Source of the DNA: Hydrolagus affinis
Taxonomy: Eukaryota
Reading direction: 5' to 3'
NCBI GenBank assembly: GCA_012026655.1
Contig: JAAILG010000001.1
Location: forward strand, 124,001-188,000
DNA: 64,000 bases
The first letter of the stretch is position 1. Every line of letters begins with the position of its first letter. Position numbers and translations under genes: made by a program. Of this stretch, positions 49,591 through 63,241 are shown piece by piece. A model generated the notes under the pieces. The model did not search any database and was not told the origin of the DNA. It worked only from the letters and a program-made list of their open reading frames with translations.

Positions 49591-50164
49591 TGTAGACAGT
49601 CAATTTATTATAGAAAGTAGACTTCCTGCTATCTGGCTTGATGCAGCTGAATTGTTGCTCTCATCCCTCTTTACCTTCTTTCCCAACTTCACAATTGGAA
49701 TTTTGAACATCTTAGGATCGTCTCTCTGTGTCTCCATCACTTACGATTGCAGAGGTTTTAATTTCTTTAAAGAATTGCTGAATGCAATCTCAATAAATCA
49801 CTCACCGTTTTAATTTTACATAATCTGTTGGCTATTTGTATCTGTGCAAAACCTAATCACTTAAACAGTTAAAGTTTTACTTTGAAGAGGCAGGTGATGA
49901 ATGGTACAATACATGAGTTGCATGAGTTACTTTTATTGCCCACAAGGAAAATCAATGAACAACATTGGACTGTTTTTCCAAGATGTGAGTTTGTAAAAAC
50001 ATTTTTGCTTTGTTTTTGCATCTCTTTATATACTTACTTTGTGCTAGCCTGATGGAGTGATCTTGTGTCATTAACGTCTTAAACATTAAATGCAGATTGT
50101 TGCTGCTGGGGAAATGTTGGATCCTGCCACAGAATTGTGAAATTTACCTGCTTACTTCTTTTTT

Positions 50165-50248
50165 GTACAGTATTCCGTGAAGCGCTTTGAGACATCATTA
50201 AGATGTGAAAAGCGCTATATCAAATGCAAGGATCATTATTATTATTAT
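50165..50248 (+). mobile_element. SINE tail fragment
   Basis: gtgaagcgctttgagacatcattaagatgtgaaaagcgctatatcaaatgcaaggatcattattatt. Confidence 0.88.
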
Positions 50249-50264
50249 ATTTTCACAAAACATT

Positions 50265-50710
50265 TGGGAGAATTGGATTGGTGCTCAACACTGAGGGATA
50301 ATGGAGCAGGCAGCCTTCAGTTTTGTTGACATTGAGTTGGAGAAAGTTAACGCTCATCCAGGACTTGAGATATGACAAGCAGTTTGTAAGAACAGCAGTG
50401 AACTAGAGTCCAAGGTCAAGACAGAGAGGTAGAGTTGGGCATCATTCACGTAGATATAGAAGTAGACTCCATGCCTGTGGATAATGCTACTCAGTGGAAG
50501 GGTGTGGAGAAGGACTATTAGCCTTGAGAATACAACCATTGAGTGCAAGTGATCACGGGGAACAGAAGGAGAAGCTGTGTTATGAGACAAAGTCAAGATA
50601 TTGGGCAGTTAGAAATGAAGCCAGGAATGACAGAGCAATGGAAGTTTATCAGAAAGGAAAGACAGTGGAGAAAGATGGAGTGGTCAACTGTGCCAGAAGC
50701 AGGTCAAGGA
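50265..50710 (-). mobile_element. Degraded L2 RT fragment
   Basis: ORF 50354-50596 contains LPLSSIIHRHGVYFYIYVNDAQLYLS, a YADD-equivalent. Downstream tcctggatgagcgttaactttctccaactcaatgtcaacaaaactgaagg gives SWM..NFLQLNVNKTE. Confidence 0.85.
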
Positions 50711-50879
50711 GGCACAAGGAGTCCTGGTCTATAACCAATTACACATGACTTTCTCCATTGTTCATACTGATTCTATTACTTTTTATCCTGAATTCACTCC
50801 TATTCCACAGCTGTGTCAATTTTGTTCTTAAGGGAAAAGGGGTTTTGGAATCAAAATAAATGAGCAATTCTTCTTATTT

Positions 50880-51260
50880 GGTGGTTGTGTGAATATCAAT
50901 GGTCAGAGTCCGTGCAGAAACCTACAAGAGAGGAGGCACATTTTGGAAAGTAGAAAGCAATTTAGGGATTTAATTAAAAAAAACCTTTAATTTTTCCCCA
51001 GTTGATTTTGTAATCAGTTGCCAAGAACAATTATTGTAAAAGGATATGATATAGGGAACTGAAATTACAAAATTGAAAACATTTAAAAAGGAACACCATG
51101 AGTTCATAAATTAATTGTGTGGGAGAAGGAGTGGGTTCTGTAAATGTAAATGTTGAGATGGGAATGAACAGTAGTAGTTAAATAGCCAATTGCATGGATA
51201 AATTAAAGATTAGGCAAAAAAGACAGAATTGACCAACATTCAATGTCTGTGAAGGAGGGA
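50880..51260 (+). mobile_element. Degraded CR1 3' end
   Basis: agaggaggcacattttggaaag (RGH..K), tttaatttttccccagttgattttgtaatcagttgcca (F..RV...WN.LP remnant), acatttaaaaaggaac (TFKKE). Confidence 0.5.
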
Positions 51261-52039
51261 AAAAACACCAACATTTCATAACAGTCATTACAAGGTTACA
51301 ATAAATATTAGTCATAAAATGATGGCAGGCCAGGGCATTGATATATTTTATCAAAGCTTCATTGATGTCTGGAGAAATAGTTTGATAAAGTCAGGTCAGT
51401 ACAGTAAACTATAGTTAAACAGTGAGTTCATTAATGAGCTACTTGTCTCTGGCATTTTTTGTCTGATTCTGACTGTAATACTTCCAAATGGATTATGAAC
51501 CTGGATTTAGAGTGTCAGTTTTGGCTAACTGCCTAGACTGACAGCTTAACAAATGCCACAGTCTATTCTTGTGCAATACCTAAAGAGGGAAGCTGAAGTT
51601 CTGGCTATTCTAGTTGTATTTTTTTAATAAATATATTTAATTTGTTTACAAATTAATCCTCATCAAGACCTGGAACTTGAACTTTAAGTAGAGTAAATTA
51701 ATTTTAAATTGGAATAACACGGTTAGTATAGAAAGGGGGAAATATGAGAAAGAAGGATTGCCGACTTGATCACATAGGAATTAAACAGAATAACAATAGG
51801 AAAACTAGAGTTGAAGAAAAACTCACTCAGTCCATTGAAGCCCATCATTTTTCTAATAGTTTTTGTCCGGTCGATCATTTACATTTTCATCACTATTCTG
51901 CTAAGTTCTTATTTTTTTAAAAGCTATTTTTCAATATTGTTTAATAAATTATTTCAAAGTGCTCAATCACATGATTGGAAGTGGGTGGGTAAATCATAAA
52001 GCTAACCTCAAATCACTGTGAAAAGTGCTGCGTAAACTG

Positions 52040-52160
52040 AATCATAGAAATGTAGAGCCATTCGGCAAATTGAGTCTGCACTGACTGTCAGAGCAGGCTG
52101 TTTGTTCAATCCCACCGCCCTGCCTTGTTCCCAAAACTCTTCAAGCTTCCATCCTTCTTG
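52040..52160 (-). mobile_element. CR1 3' tail fragment
   Basis: gaatcatagaaatgtagagccattcggc...aatcccaccgccctgccttgttccc. Confidence 0.65.
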
Positions 52161-53203
52161 GACCGATTGCTATTCAGAAACCACTGCAGTGTGAATATTG
52201 GTCAAACGACAGGATTGGAATCAGCTAATAAGCTTTGCAGTTGAAGAGCTGCATAGCACTCGCTCTCAAACTCACACACGAATAATAATCACTTGCGTGA
52301 GATATGGCAAGGGGTTAGGGACTGATTGGCATGAAAAAAGAAAACAAACTTCAGAAGGAAGGGGAAATAATTGGAGGGCAAAAAAGGCAGACGAGTTATT
52401 TGATTTCCAGCAATTTTAGCAAAGCTGACTCACCAGCTAAGATAGTAAATTAAATTTTCCCCACCAAGAAGCAATATGGCTGCCAGATGAATGGAGATGT
52501 TTCTGTTCCAGGCAGATTTTGGTGCAATGGAGTACTGTTCCAATGTTAAGATGCCTTAACTTTTTTTAAAAAAATCAGTGGTACATACAATAGCAGAATA
52601 CATTCAAAGGTACAGAGTTGAAGGGAATAAGGAGACCTCAAAGAGGAAGCACAGCATGTCATGTTTATTTAAATAATGTTAAACATTCATCATCCACGCC
52701 TACTCAACACATCATGTCTTTTTGTTGGAGATGGGCAGAGATATAAGGGCAATTTCTAAAGATAGACATTGTTTGCGACTTATTAACTTATTAACTCTTA
52801 AAGAAGATATGCAGAGCTCAATATATTTTTAAAATCTGACAGATGTCATTCTTTTTAACAAGGTAAATGATGCTCTGCTAATATTTTCCTGTCAATTTAT
52901 TAAATATCAGTTTATTTGGTAACTTCTATCCATTCTCTTTGGCTAATACACATTATGTGTGTGCATCTTTCAATAATTTATCAAACTGGAAGCTAAAGTA
53001 TACTTTCAGGAAGATGAGAAATCAGTTAAAAATCCAATGATGAGTGAATGTTTGTGAAATTCTCTGGTTATCTTTACTGTAAGGAATCGGGGGACATTCC
53101 AATATTTATCTCTGGAATTTACATGTGTGTATGAGATGGATGGAACTCTTAGTTCGGTTTGGATTTTCCTAAGCATGGCGATGGCCAGGTATCTGAATGT
53201 GTC

Positions 53204-53328
53204 AAAACACAAAATACTACAGATGCTGGGAATCTGAAACAAAAACAGATGTTGCTGGGGAAACTCAGCAGGTCAGGCAGCATCCACGGAGAAAGGAAAA
53301 GGAGTCAACGTTTTGGGTCTACAACCCT
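53204..53328 (-). mobile_element. Penelope-type terminal repeat fragment
   Basis: The reverse complement agggttgtagacccaaaacgttgactcc..gtggatgctgcctgacctgctgagtttccccagcaacatctgtttttgtttcagattcccagcatctgtag is the characteristic chondrichthyan Penelope-associated end, as recalled. Confidence 0.7.
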
Positions 53329-55999
53329 GGCCCCAAAAAATCTTATTTAAATATTTTTAAATAAATTGCTTCTTATTAGCTTGGCTTCTTACCCACCCAA
53401 GGCTTTGATGCCTTTAAACATGAAGAATTTACTTTATTTTTAAAGAACATGACACAAAAATGCAACCATAGTTGTATTCCATTAACATCAGAGTGCTGAA
53501 GCAGCATGAATATGTGTTGAAATCAGAAAAAGAAAGTTACACTGATGAAGTCACACAGTAATGGATAATAAACTGTAAACTCACAACAAAGCATGACCGG
53601 AGTTTGAATGCTACTGGAATGACAGATGTGGGTAATTATTATCTCATTCATTTGTGAGACTATGCAAATCTGTAAAATCAGAGGAAGATTCATTTTTTGC
53701 CTTTCAGAATATATAAACTCGAACACATCAAACAGAGAATGTTAATCAATGCTATTGGTAATTAGTGAAATGTATATGGTTCTTCACATCAAAGAGAGTC
53801 TTTTCCTCGCTCAGTATGACAGCATCATGTAAATTGGACTCTTGATCTAACAATTCTTTCCTTCCTCATCAACAATCTGTTGTTCTTAATAAATTAAGAT
53901 ATCTGTGTAAAATTATCTGCATGGATGTTTCAAGAACCCTTACTGAGCAGCAGCTCGAATGGGACATCGAAACAACTCCAAATGTGAAAGCTAATATTCC
54001 CGAGTACTGTTATCTAATTCTGGAAGTTTAAAAATTCACGCTCTCATCAGAATACCTTTACACATTGTAATGAAACCCAGGGCAACTTTCCTGTCAATGC
54101 ACGGCTGTACGGGTGAGGGTAGTTAGACTGCAGAGTAAAAAAAATGAAATGAAATGCAAGGCTTCATTAAATCTACTGTTTTTGCATTCTGATCACTTTC
54201 CCTTTTACAGCTTTTTTTTACTGTGCTTCATTAATCTGTGCTGAACACAATGACATACATCTTTAATGCAGCTGCTGTCAAGGCATATTTCAGTAAGAGC
54301 TGCCAAATGAATGACAGCAACCAATATTAATAAATTTAACATAAAGCCTATCAATTTTTAACAGAATTAATAAGGAAAGCTGAGAAATTTCTAAATTGTA
54401 GGATTTATTGCTTGCTAAATACACACATTTTATAAAACTTGTGACACTCAGTTAAAAAAATAGATTTACATCTCATTAATAAGTAAATTAGGAAAATGCC
54501 TTTCAAGTTCAGACAAGTACATAAGTGTAATCTCCATATTAAAGGAGTAGCCTTTGATAAACCACTATGGAATAGCGATAGCAGACTATGTGTCATGTTG
54601 CCTGTGCTTGAACTCTTACACATTCCCACCTTTAATTACACTGGCTCATTATTAAAGAGATAAGTGTCTCTCCACTTAAGATTCTATAAATGAACATCAC
54701 ACAGGGTCCACCCTAATAATTTTACAGAAACGATGAAAAGGTGGTAACAGTTTCAAAAATGAATTATCACTAGAATTCATTTTCATCTAATAATATTAAA
54801 ATATTAAGATTAATTCTTTCAAATCTCTAAAAAGTTGTCTATTAACTCTGCTATTTTAAATTTTTTGAAAAAAAGTACTGGTGAGATTTTATTTTTCCTT
54901 CAGAAATCCCATCAGAGATCATTTGAAGTGAATTTAAACTCAGTGAGAAGCCTGTCTGTGCTAAATAAGAAAGTTAGAGTTGATGTGAGACTTATGTTTA
55001 TATTCATTTCAGTGCTTTAGGAAATTATGTAGGGTCTGAGTACTGATCAAATTCCAACTGGGTAAAACTTATTGATTAACAATACCATTTGCAATCAGAT
55101 CCTAGATCAACAATGAGTGTTTTTAGATTATTGTAAAAACACCTGTCTGGCACGAGGTTAAAAAGGGAACATAAACATGTTTTATTGGAACATTGTGGGT
55201 AGAATGGGTTGACCACAAATAGTCTACAACTTTTTCTTAGTCTGCAAATCAAACCCAGTTAAATTTCAGATAGTCTGGCCTGTTTCCGTGTAAACGGAGT
55301 ATGGCAGAGCAACAATATTCAGAGACTTTAATCTGCACATGCTCATCAATGCACTGCTGTGACGAAAGGGAGCTGCACGTGTATCAAATCCATATTTAAA
55401 TAGAAATAATTTGGCGAGATAGGGTTTTTATTTCTAAACCCAAGGTTCACAGGTTTGACTTTGTTATTATGCTTACATTGGCACAATACGTTAACTTTTA
55501 CTTCCAGATCAAGGTACCATCACTGCTGGGCAATATTGTATGAAGAGGCCTATTTTAGGCTGCTGAAATCTACTGACAGGGAGCTATTTTTTCAAAGCAT
55601 CATTCCTTTGCCTACTGAATATAGCATATTTGAATGAATGTTTATGCATGCTACACACATCTTCATTAACATTTTCCCTCACATTGGCCAGGCACAATAG
55701 ATTATTGCAGATAAATTTAATGTGCAGGGTTCCATGAGTTTTTAAAGAAAACAAGACATTTGTTGTATTAGTGCACTTTAACAGTTTGCTGAATATGTTT
55801 AAAGAATGGGACACATTGGATTTTAATACTGGAACTAAGCAAGAAACAAGCAAATTCATCAAGATTGCTTCAATATTAGGCACTTAATGTAGGACGAGGC
55901 ATGTCGGAATATAACGTAGTTGAACTACATGGTTTGGAATGCAGTTTTACATGACACTGCTATGTAAGTCTATAAAGTATTTGTTGGGATATTACCAGT

Positions 56000-56430
56000 T
56001 CAACAACAAACAACAACAACAACTTAAACTTATAAAGCGCCTTTCACGTCGGGAGGACATCCCAAGGCACTGCACAGGAGGCATGTGACCCGAGCTGGGA
56101 GGGGAGTGTTCGGGAAGGGGTGAAACACTTAGGGGAGGTCGAAAAATTTGGGGGGGAACAANNNNNNNNNNNNNNNNNNNNNNNNNNNNNNNNNNNNNNN
56201 NNNNNNNNNNNNNNNNNNNNNNNNNNNNNNNNNNNNNNNNNNNNNNNNNNNNNNNNNNNNNGTTATGTGGTCGCGGAGGCGGGTGCGGGATAGTACACGG
56301 GCTGCAGAGTTTTGGATGACCTGCAGCCTGTTAATGGAGGAGCTGGGGAGGCCGACGAGGAGAGAGTTTCCGTAGTCCAGCCGTGAGGTGATGTACGCGT
56401 GCACGAGTGCGTGGGGGGTGAGATAGTTCA
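56000..56430 (-). mobile_element. Young L2 LINE 3' portion spanning the assembly gap
   Basis: [48 protein letters not shown], CpG-rich, with an (AAC)n tail and gcgcctttcacgtcgggaggacatcccaagg on the left of the gap. Confidence 0.92.
56162..56261. other. Assembly gap (100 N)
   Basis: A run of exactly 100 n, the usual placeholder for a gap of unknown size. Confidence 0.99.
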
Positions 56431-58357
56431 GTTTAATTAAGTGATAAAACTCTTTCATGTAAAAATCTGATGATCAAAAGATTTTATAGCCACAGTTCAG
56501 AATTTGTCTCCGCACTACGATACAGAAAAAAAATCATACAGGCACTTTACAAACTGGGTGAAAAACAAGGTGACATAGATAAGCAGGTTTATTTAATGGA
56601 TAAATAGGATTAACATTCAAAATGACTAATTAGGCGACATTGTGTAAATACCTCCTATTTATCATAGGGAGGAAGAAGATAGAAAGATGGCACCGGTAAA
56701 TTGCATTTAGCCAGTTTGGGTTTTCAATACAATTAACAAAATGTACAAAATATTTAATTTTCTGGAGGAGAGATTCCTTTAGTGAGATATTCTCTTTGAT
56801 ATATTTAGTTGCAGAAGGAATAGAGTCAGGATTTTGTGAACAAAGACTGACTTTTGTGGAGGGAGGAGAGGAAGAACTGCCAGTCCTCCAACATCACCTA
56901 ATGTATCAGATGTCTTAGATTCTACATAGGGTGCATGACACTTGCCCCTCTTCCGCCCCCCTCAGTTCCACCCTTGACTTAAGGGAAATACTAAAAAGGA
57001 TGTACATCCTTTGTTATCGTCTACTTTGCAAAATACAGAACCATTATTCATGCGTTTAACGTGTTACCAGTATTAAACTCTATTTTCATAGTGGGACCTT
57101 GGTGCCACCAAAGTGATCTATTCCATTACTCTGCTTCCTTACAGCATTCATATGCCTGAATTGGTGTATTCACACAAGAAGCAATATGCCACTGTTTCAT
57201 GTTCTCCCTCTTCACTATCCCACATAAAGTCATTGTAACCTGACACAACTTTATATCTTAGGGGTGCTGACATCCCTATTTTAATGTCATAGGGCGGGTA
57301 ATTCTAAACCTTGCCTGGCAGCTAATAAAACTGATTTGTTTACTAAAACCTTATTTTCTGCAAATGTATATCCATATGGCTGTGTGTTTATCGTACCTGT
57401 GACATTAAATTCCACACAGATCGGGGGTCGAACATTTGGTATTTCTAACGTGATTCCTTGCAAGGAAATTCAAAACATGCAAATGTCTCATTTGCAGGAA
57501 CTATGCACCAATGCAATTTAATTTTGGAACAGAATTCCTGTAACTCAGCAGCATTCTAAGGGGATTCCATGTTATAGAATTTTAATGGGATTTCTTATTA
57601 TTCCAGTTAAGAAAATTAAGAAAAAATTGACCCCAAACAACTCTTCGTTAGGGTTAAGTAGTAGGATTATATTTGTATTCTCTTTCTCCTATAAAGATTT
57701 AATTAAAACATTTTAATCTCTATTGTAAATTTCAGCAAATATACATTTAGATATCTGCAAGACTTAACTGTAAAGTATAAAACCAGCACTTTAATCACTA
57801 AACAATGAAGTCTTGCTTATCCAACTGATAATGGAATGAGATAAGCTATTTTAATAGCTACTTTGGTGCATAAAGGAAAGGATATTATATTCAGAATTTA
57901 TTATCACATATGCTCTACAATTACATTCAAATATCATAATGACATAACATTATATGGATGACTATGAAGTGATCATTGTTCCATCCTATATAGCATGGGC
58001 AATTTTATTTTCAAATGCATTGTACTATTAATGAATCCAACTCTGCTGCACATGGAAATTTTAAGCTGAAGCAATCTTGTGCGAGAAATAAGCCCAAATG
58101 ACTTCCTCTAGTAATGCAAATCAGCTGCAGAAGCTATCTTGGGATTTAATTTGCTAACTGCAAATTAAAAAAGTCACTCACTTTTTTTGAAACCAAGAAT
58201 TTGAACAATTTTAAAATGATATACTTGTCATTATTTTTAATTATAAGTTATGTGCTAACAGTATATATAGAGTATGTTTTTTAAAGAAAATAACATATTC
58301 AGTTTTGTTCCAGTTTATCACCGTTGAATTTGAGAATTTGAAGTAGCAAAAAAAATT

Positions 58358-58598
58358 ATAATAATAATCCTTGCAATCGATATAGCGCCTTATCATGTTT
58401 TCTAGATGTCTCAAAGCACTTCACCGAATATACTGTAAAGTTAATTGACTGTATATTTATGGGCAAAATGCGCAGTCAGTTGCACACAGCAGTATCCCAC
58501 AAACAGTTGTAGATTGAAATGACCAATTTACTATTGTTTTTTTCTTGAGGGATTATTATTAGGCATGGGGAGTAAAGAAACTCACCCAAGGTTTCGCA
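58358..58598 (-). mobile_element. SINE lacking the tRNA head
   Basis: Reverse complement of the family body, from the ATT tail to cccaaggtttcgc. Confidence 0.9.
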
Positions 58599-59145
58599 TT
58601 GCTGGGAATCTATGTTCCTACTAACTGCTAAGTAAACAGAGGCATATGAATTAAGGAAACTTGACCATTGTTTGCCCAAATACCTCGTGGATCTATCTTC
58701 CACCTGTCTTGTGGCTCAATATGCAAAACTTTGAAATAGGACTTCTTAATCAGGATCTTGATTTACAATTAAGGATCCTTCATGGGAATTAGAGGAATGT
58801 CACACTGAGATCCCGAAACCTGCATGTCAATTTTATGTACTTCTGGTTAGTGGAAAGAATCCTATTTGCGGACTGTTTTGGGGAGTCTTTATCAAGAAAT
58901 CTCATTTGAAAATCACATGTTTTAGAAACCTTTGACTCTAGTGCTCTATTGCAGTATATCTACTATGCACTCCAATGATTTTAAAAAAAATTTCTGCTGC
59001 AGATTAGTTGAGTGTAAAATATCTGATACCTGCAACTTCACACCAAGCAGGTTGATGGAAGATTATTTGGCATGAAAATGATGGTGCTCAGTCCAATCAT
59101 TTGGACATCTTAATATACAGTTAAACACCTACCTATCCTGTGTTC

Positions 59146-59378
59146 CTAAGAACATAGGAACAGGAGTAGGCCATTCATCCCCTCAAGCCTGTCCCACCAT
59201 TCTATATGGCTGAGCTGTACCTCAACACCAATTACCTGCCTTTGCCCCATTTCCTAAGATATCCTTACCTAACATAAATTCATCTTGAAAATTTCAATGG
59301 ATCCATCATCCACAGCCTTTTGGGGGAGAGAGTTCCAGATTTCCACTATGGGAAATCTGGGTGAAAAAAATGCTTCTT
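59146..59378 (-). mobile_element. CR1 3' fragment
   Basis: taagaacataggaacaggagtaggccattcatcccctcaagcctgtcccaccattc...tccacagccttttgggggagagagttccagatttccact. Confidence 0.85.
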
Positions 59379-62269
59379 TAAAATACTTGTTACTAATTAA
59401 AATTAAGTTCTTCTAAATACAATTATCATCATTCTTTCCACAAGCTTCAGTTGTTGGTCACTGCACTGTAGAATACAAATAGGGATAACAAGACTTTGTG
59501 AACATTATGTATACATAGTGGTAAAGATTGTAGTATTCAGTGAATTAGCGCCAGGGTTAATTAACACTACAATTAATGGTGTTTAGTATGAGCTAGCATT
59601 CCTAATTTCAAACTAACTCTGTTTATAATGGCCACGGAGTTTCCTGCTTCCTCCAATGATTTGATATTCATACTGATTCACTGATAACATGATTGTCAGC
59701 TTTGAGGTGACAGATATAGTCGACTCCAAGTTTGATTATGAATATCATTTTGGGGATTGGGAAGATCATAAATTTCACTGTTCACCAAAAGATCCCAACC
59801 CAGAAACTAACCCTTAGTTCAAATAAAAATTTGCACATACCTCCAAGGGTCAAATAGCAAGAAAACAATGCTTTGTCTCCTGATGGTTAGAAATTCAAGA
59901 TGGCAGAGATTCAAAATGGGAGCCAAGCTCTGGTGAGGGAAGAGAGAGGGACAACACCATCACCTAGTGGCCGCTCAGTATGTCACTGCAGATTTTACAT
60001 GAATTTAGATCATAGTAAATTTTTGTGTTAATTAACACTGACAGTATATTAAAGAAAATATAAGGGACACCATACATTGTACCCCATGGTTTCATCCTTA
60101 CCTAAAATCATCTTGTATAAATATTGTTCTTAAATAAATTAAAGCCAAACTAGATTCTTTCCATAGTTCTGTACACTCAAATGAGGTGTCAAACTGAGAG
60201 ACAAACACACGTACACATCGTGAGTAAGGATATTAACGGGATACAGCGAGATGGGGATGGAGATGTAATTAGAGTCAAATGGCTGGTTTGCCGACTCGAT
60301 TGGCTTTCCTTTGTTTCGCCATGTAATTTTGTTACCCTATGTACCTCAATGCAACTGGTAGAATTTTCATGTAATATTGTGTATATTTCTAAGATGCAGT
60401 GTCTCTGTAGGATTTACTATAGGCAACAGGAAATGATGTACTTCATCTATTTAGATAATTAATTTACCCTAAATTATTCTGTGAATTGTAGTGATATTTA
60501 AATCTTTCAACTTTGAATGGAAGTCTGCATTTTGAGCAATTAGGTACTTTCAGTTAATTTCCAAGTATGATTTAATTGTGATTGGCAAAGTGAATCTGCT
60601 CTTCAGGTGGTCAAATTACTTGGCCTTGAGTTCTCTTTGAATACAAGGAGTAAAACCAATATGGCTGTAAATCTCAGGTTGCACCAAATCAGGGGAGAGG
60701 ATTGTATTCAGGAAATAGCTCTTTCGAGACTCAAACTTCCATCTCTTTGAGCTTTTTAAGTGCACCAGGACAGTACTTGTGTGAAGGATTCCTAAATAAA
60801 TACAAATTGTTGTTGCTTGATTGCTCTTTTGAAAATCTTTCCCCTCCCCATCCCCTTCAGTTTCCACTCTCAGCTTGTGTGCCCTGCAAGCGGTGTTATG
60901 TGCTTGGAGACATCCTCTTGATGGGAAAGACACTACATCAATGTAAATTATATTGTAAGACTGTTTTGTCTAAAACATGTAAATTCACGGTAAATTGAAA
61001 AAAATATCTTGAACTCTGCGTCAATTTGAAGGCAGGTCTTTTTAAGAAGGGAGGAAAACCAGTTCTAAAAATCAGACTGAATAAAGAGTTTTCCTCAATT
61101 CTGCACAAATCAACATTTTAGGACAAAATGATCTCGCAGGCTAAGTCGAGGTGATTTTTGGTGACCTGGAGTGCAGTTATGGTGTACGCTTTGTTCTGCT
61201 ATTGATGCGCTTTGTCATTTTTATGGGGATGGTAGTGGAAGAAGCTGCCATATTCTCTCCTCCATTGGTAGCTTGAGACAATGGGTGGAGACTTTGTATC
61301 CAATGGCTAATACCTTACTTGGGATATCCCAGTGACAATATTTATAATTGGGGGTTGCGAATCCACATTAATCCATGGGGGATACAACTTCCTGAGATGG
61401 ACTCAGTGGGGATGGAATTGCAGCCATAGGAATTTTGAAGTAGCATTATCTGAGTCCCAAAAGATCTTATTAGGGGTAGCAATGGATACCACTTTAAATA
61501 ATTGCAACAACAAAAGCAATACATTAATCTTCATGGTCAAATAGAGTTTTGACACTTCTCTTTGTTTTTGTTGGAACTGTGTGTACAGGACGAGATTCAT
61601 AGGGCAGCTCTGTGTTGAACATTTTGCATTTCCCTTTACTTTAGATTGAGATGGAATAAAGTAGAGGGATTTGCCTGCAGTGAGTCGGCTCAACAGTATT
61701 GGCAACAGGATGCTTGATCTGCCCTTTTAGTATTTACAGGCTGATCTTAGGCCATTTTTTCAACCCTGCTGTGTGTTTTCTAAAACACAGGAAATGCCCT
61801 TAAGTGCCCTTCCTCCCAGCCCCCTCCAAAAAGAATTTCTCACTCTGTCTATCCAGAACGACTGCTCCACTAAAATGAATGGACACAGAAACTCCTATGA
61901 AGGTTTCTAAGTATGTCTCGCATGGAAACAAATGAAATAAAGAAAAAAGTACCTGCATATGATTGACATTAGGGGTAAATACACATTATTCTTTGTGCTT
62001 ATACTTAGCACATCAAAAGCCCCACTTTGAGATCCTTTTTTTTAACCAGTATTGTAAATCACTGCATCACTCCCAAACATTTAGGAATTACTTACTTCTG
62101 CAAAAATACATTATCAAACCATTAAAGAGTGGCCGCTCCACTTCCAAAGCACCAGTTATTACACATTCAAATGAAAAACAACAACTTACACTTGAGGGCA
62201 CAAAATAATTATATTAATCCTTGCATTTTACTGTATTTCCTTTTACTTTATGTTGGAATGACCATGTGA

Positions 62270-62335
62270 GTTCAAGTAGGATTTGAACCCACGGCCCTTG
62301 TGATTCAGAGCCTAGACTGCTGTCACTGAGCCAGG
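62270..62335 (-). mobile_element. tRNA-derived SINE head
   Basis: The reverse complement tggctcagtgacagcagtctaggctctgaatcacaagggccgtgggttcaaatcc contains A and B boxes. Confidence 0.65.
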
Positions 62336-62911
62336 ATAACATTAGAATTTGGGACAATCAAGACTAATTGGAATAATCCACCACGTTTGTGTATGTGGGT
62401 AGTGGAAACCCCATTCAATGCAATGACCTTTCATTCCAATATCATTTGATTACCGTACATTATCAAGCTCATATTTTATTCTAGGCAGAATGTAATAATA
62501 ACCTCTCACTGTTGCAGAGTGTGTGTGGGAGCCTTGATAATACATCAAAACAAAGGTAGGAACCTCCAATTCAATATAATCGGTATATATCAATGTAAAG
62601 AATTAGAAGTACACCTCACTCTCCAATGTACTGAGACAAATTAAACGACACAACTATTTTACAAGCAAAACAGTAGACAAGAATACTTATGAATTCAAGT
62701 AATGATTGAACCTTTTTCATAATAACAATCAAGATTAAAGGATTTTTAAAAACAGTTTTACGCAACAAGTTATTGTAGAATAAAGAAATGTGTTCCAGCG
62801 GAAGGTTATAGAAAAGATAGGGGGTTTATTAAATAACAATCAAATTTGGGAGTAGATTGAATTGACTGCATTGGTCTTTTACAGACGTGATAATTTTATA
62901 ATAATAATTTA

Positions 62912-63013
62912 AATAATAATCTTTGCATTTAATATAGCACTTTTCACATCTTCTAGAAGTCTCAAAGCGCTTCACAGAGTATACAGTAAAGTGTATTGAC
63001 TGCATATTTGTGG
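62912..63013 (-). mobile_element. SINE 3' fragment
   Basis: aataataatctttgcatttaatatagcacttttcacatcttctaga..ctcaaagcgcttcacaga. Confidence 0.88.
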
Positions 63014-63084
63014 CTCAATCAAGATATTCCATGAATTTCCATTGCAAAATCTGAAATCTCTGATTTGGACAAAAAGTGGTTAAA

Positions 63085-63240
63085 AAGCTGGGACAGGTAA
63101 CAATGAAACAAAGAAAGCACAGATCCATGGAGATACACAAAGGAGAAGAGTTGGTGGAGGAGGATATATCAATGGCAGAGAGATTGAGGAGAACAGGGAG
63201 GTGCAGGGAGTCCTGATTGCACATAAAGGTGATTGAAGAC
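63085..63240 (-). mobile_element. Degraded L2 RT fragment
   Basis: ORF 63015-63224 contains DSLHLPVLLNLSAID, resembling L2 D.G..SLLVLLDLSAAFD. Confidence 0.55.
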
Positions 63241-63241
63241 A

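Noticed and set aside
59972-59991. CTCF upstream (TGCAG) module for the site at ~59960
   Set aside because: TGCAG begins 20 nt before the core CC, longer than the roughly 17-18 nt I expect, and the core's 3' half is weak.
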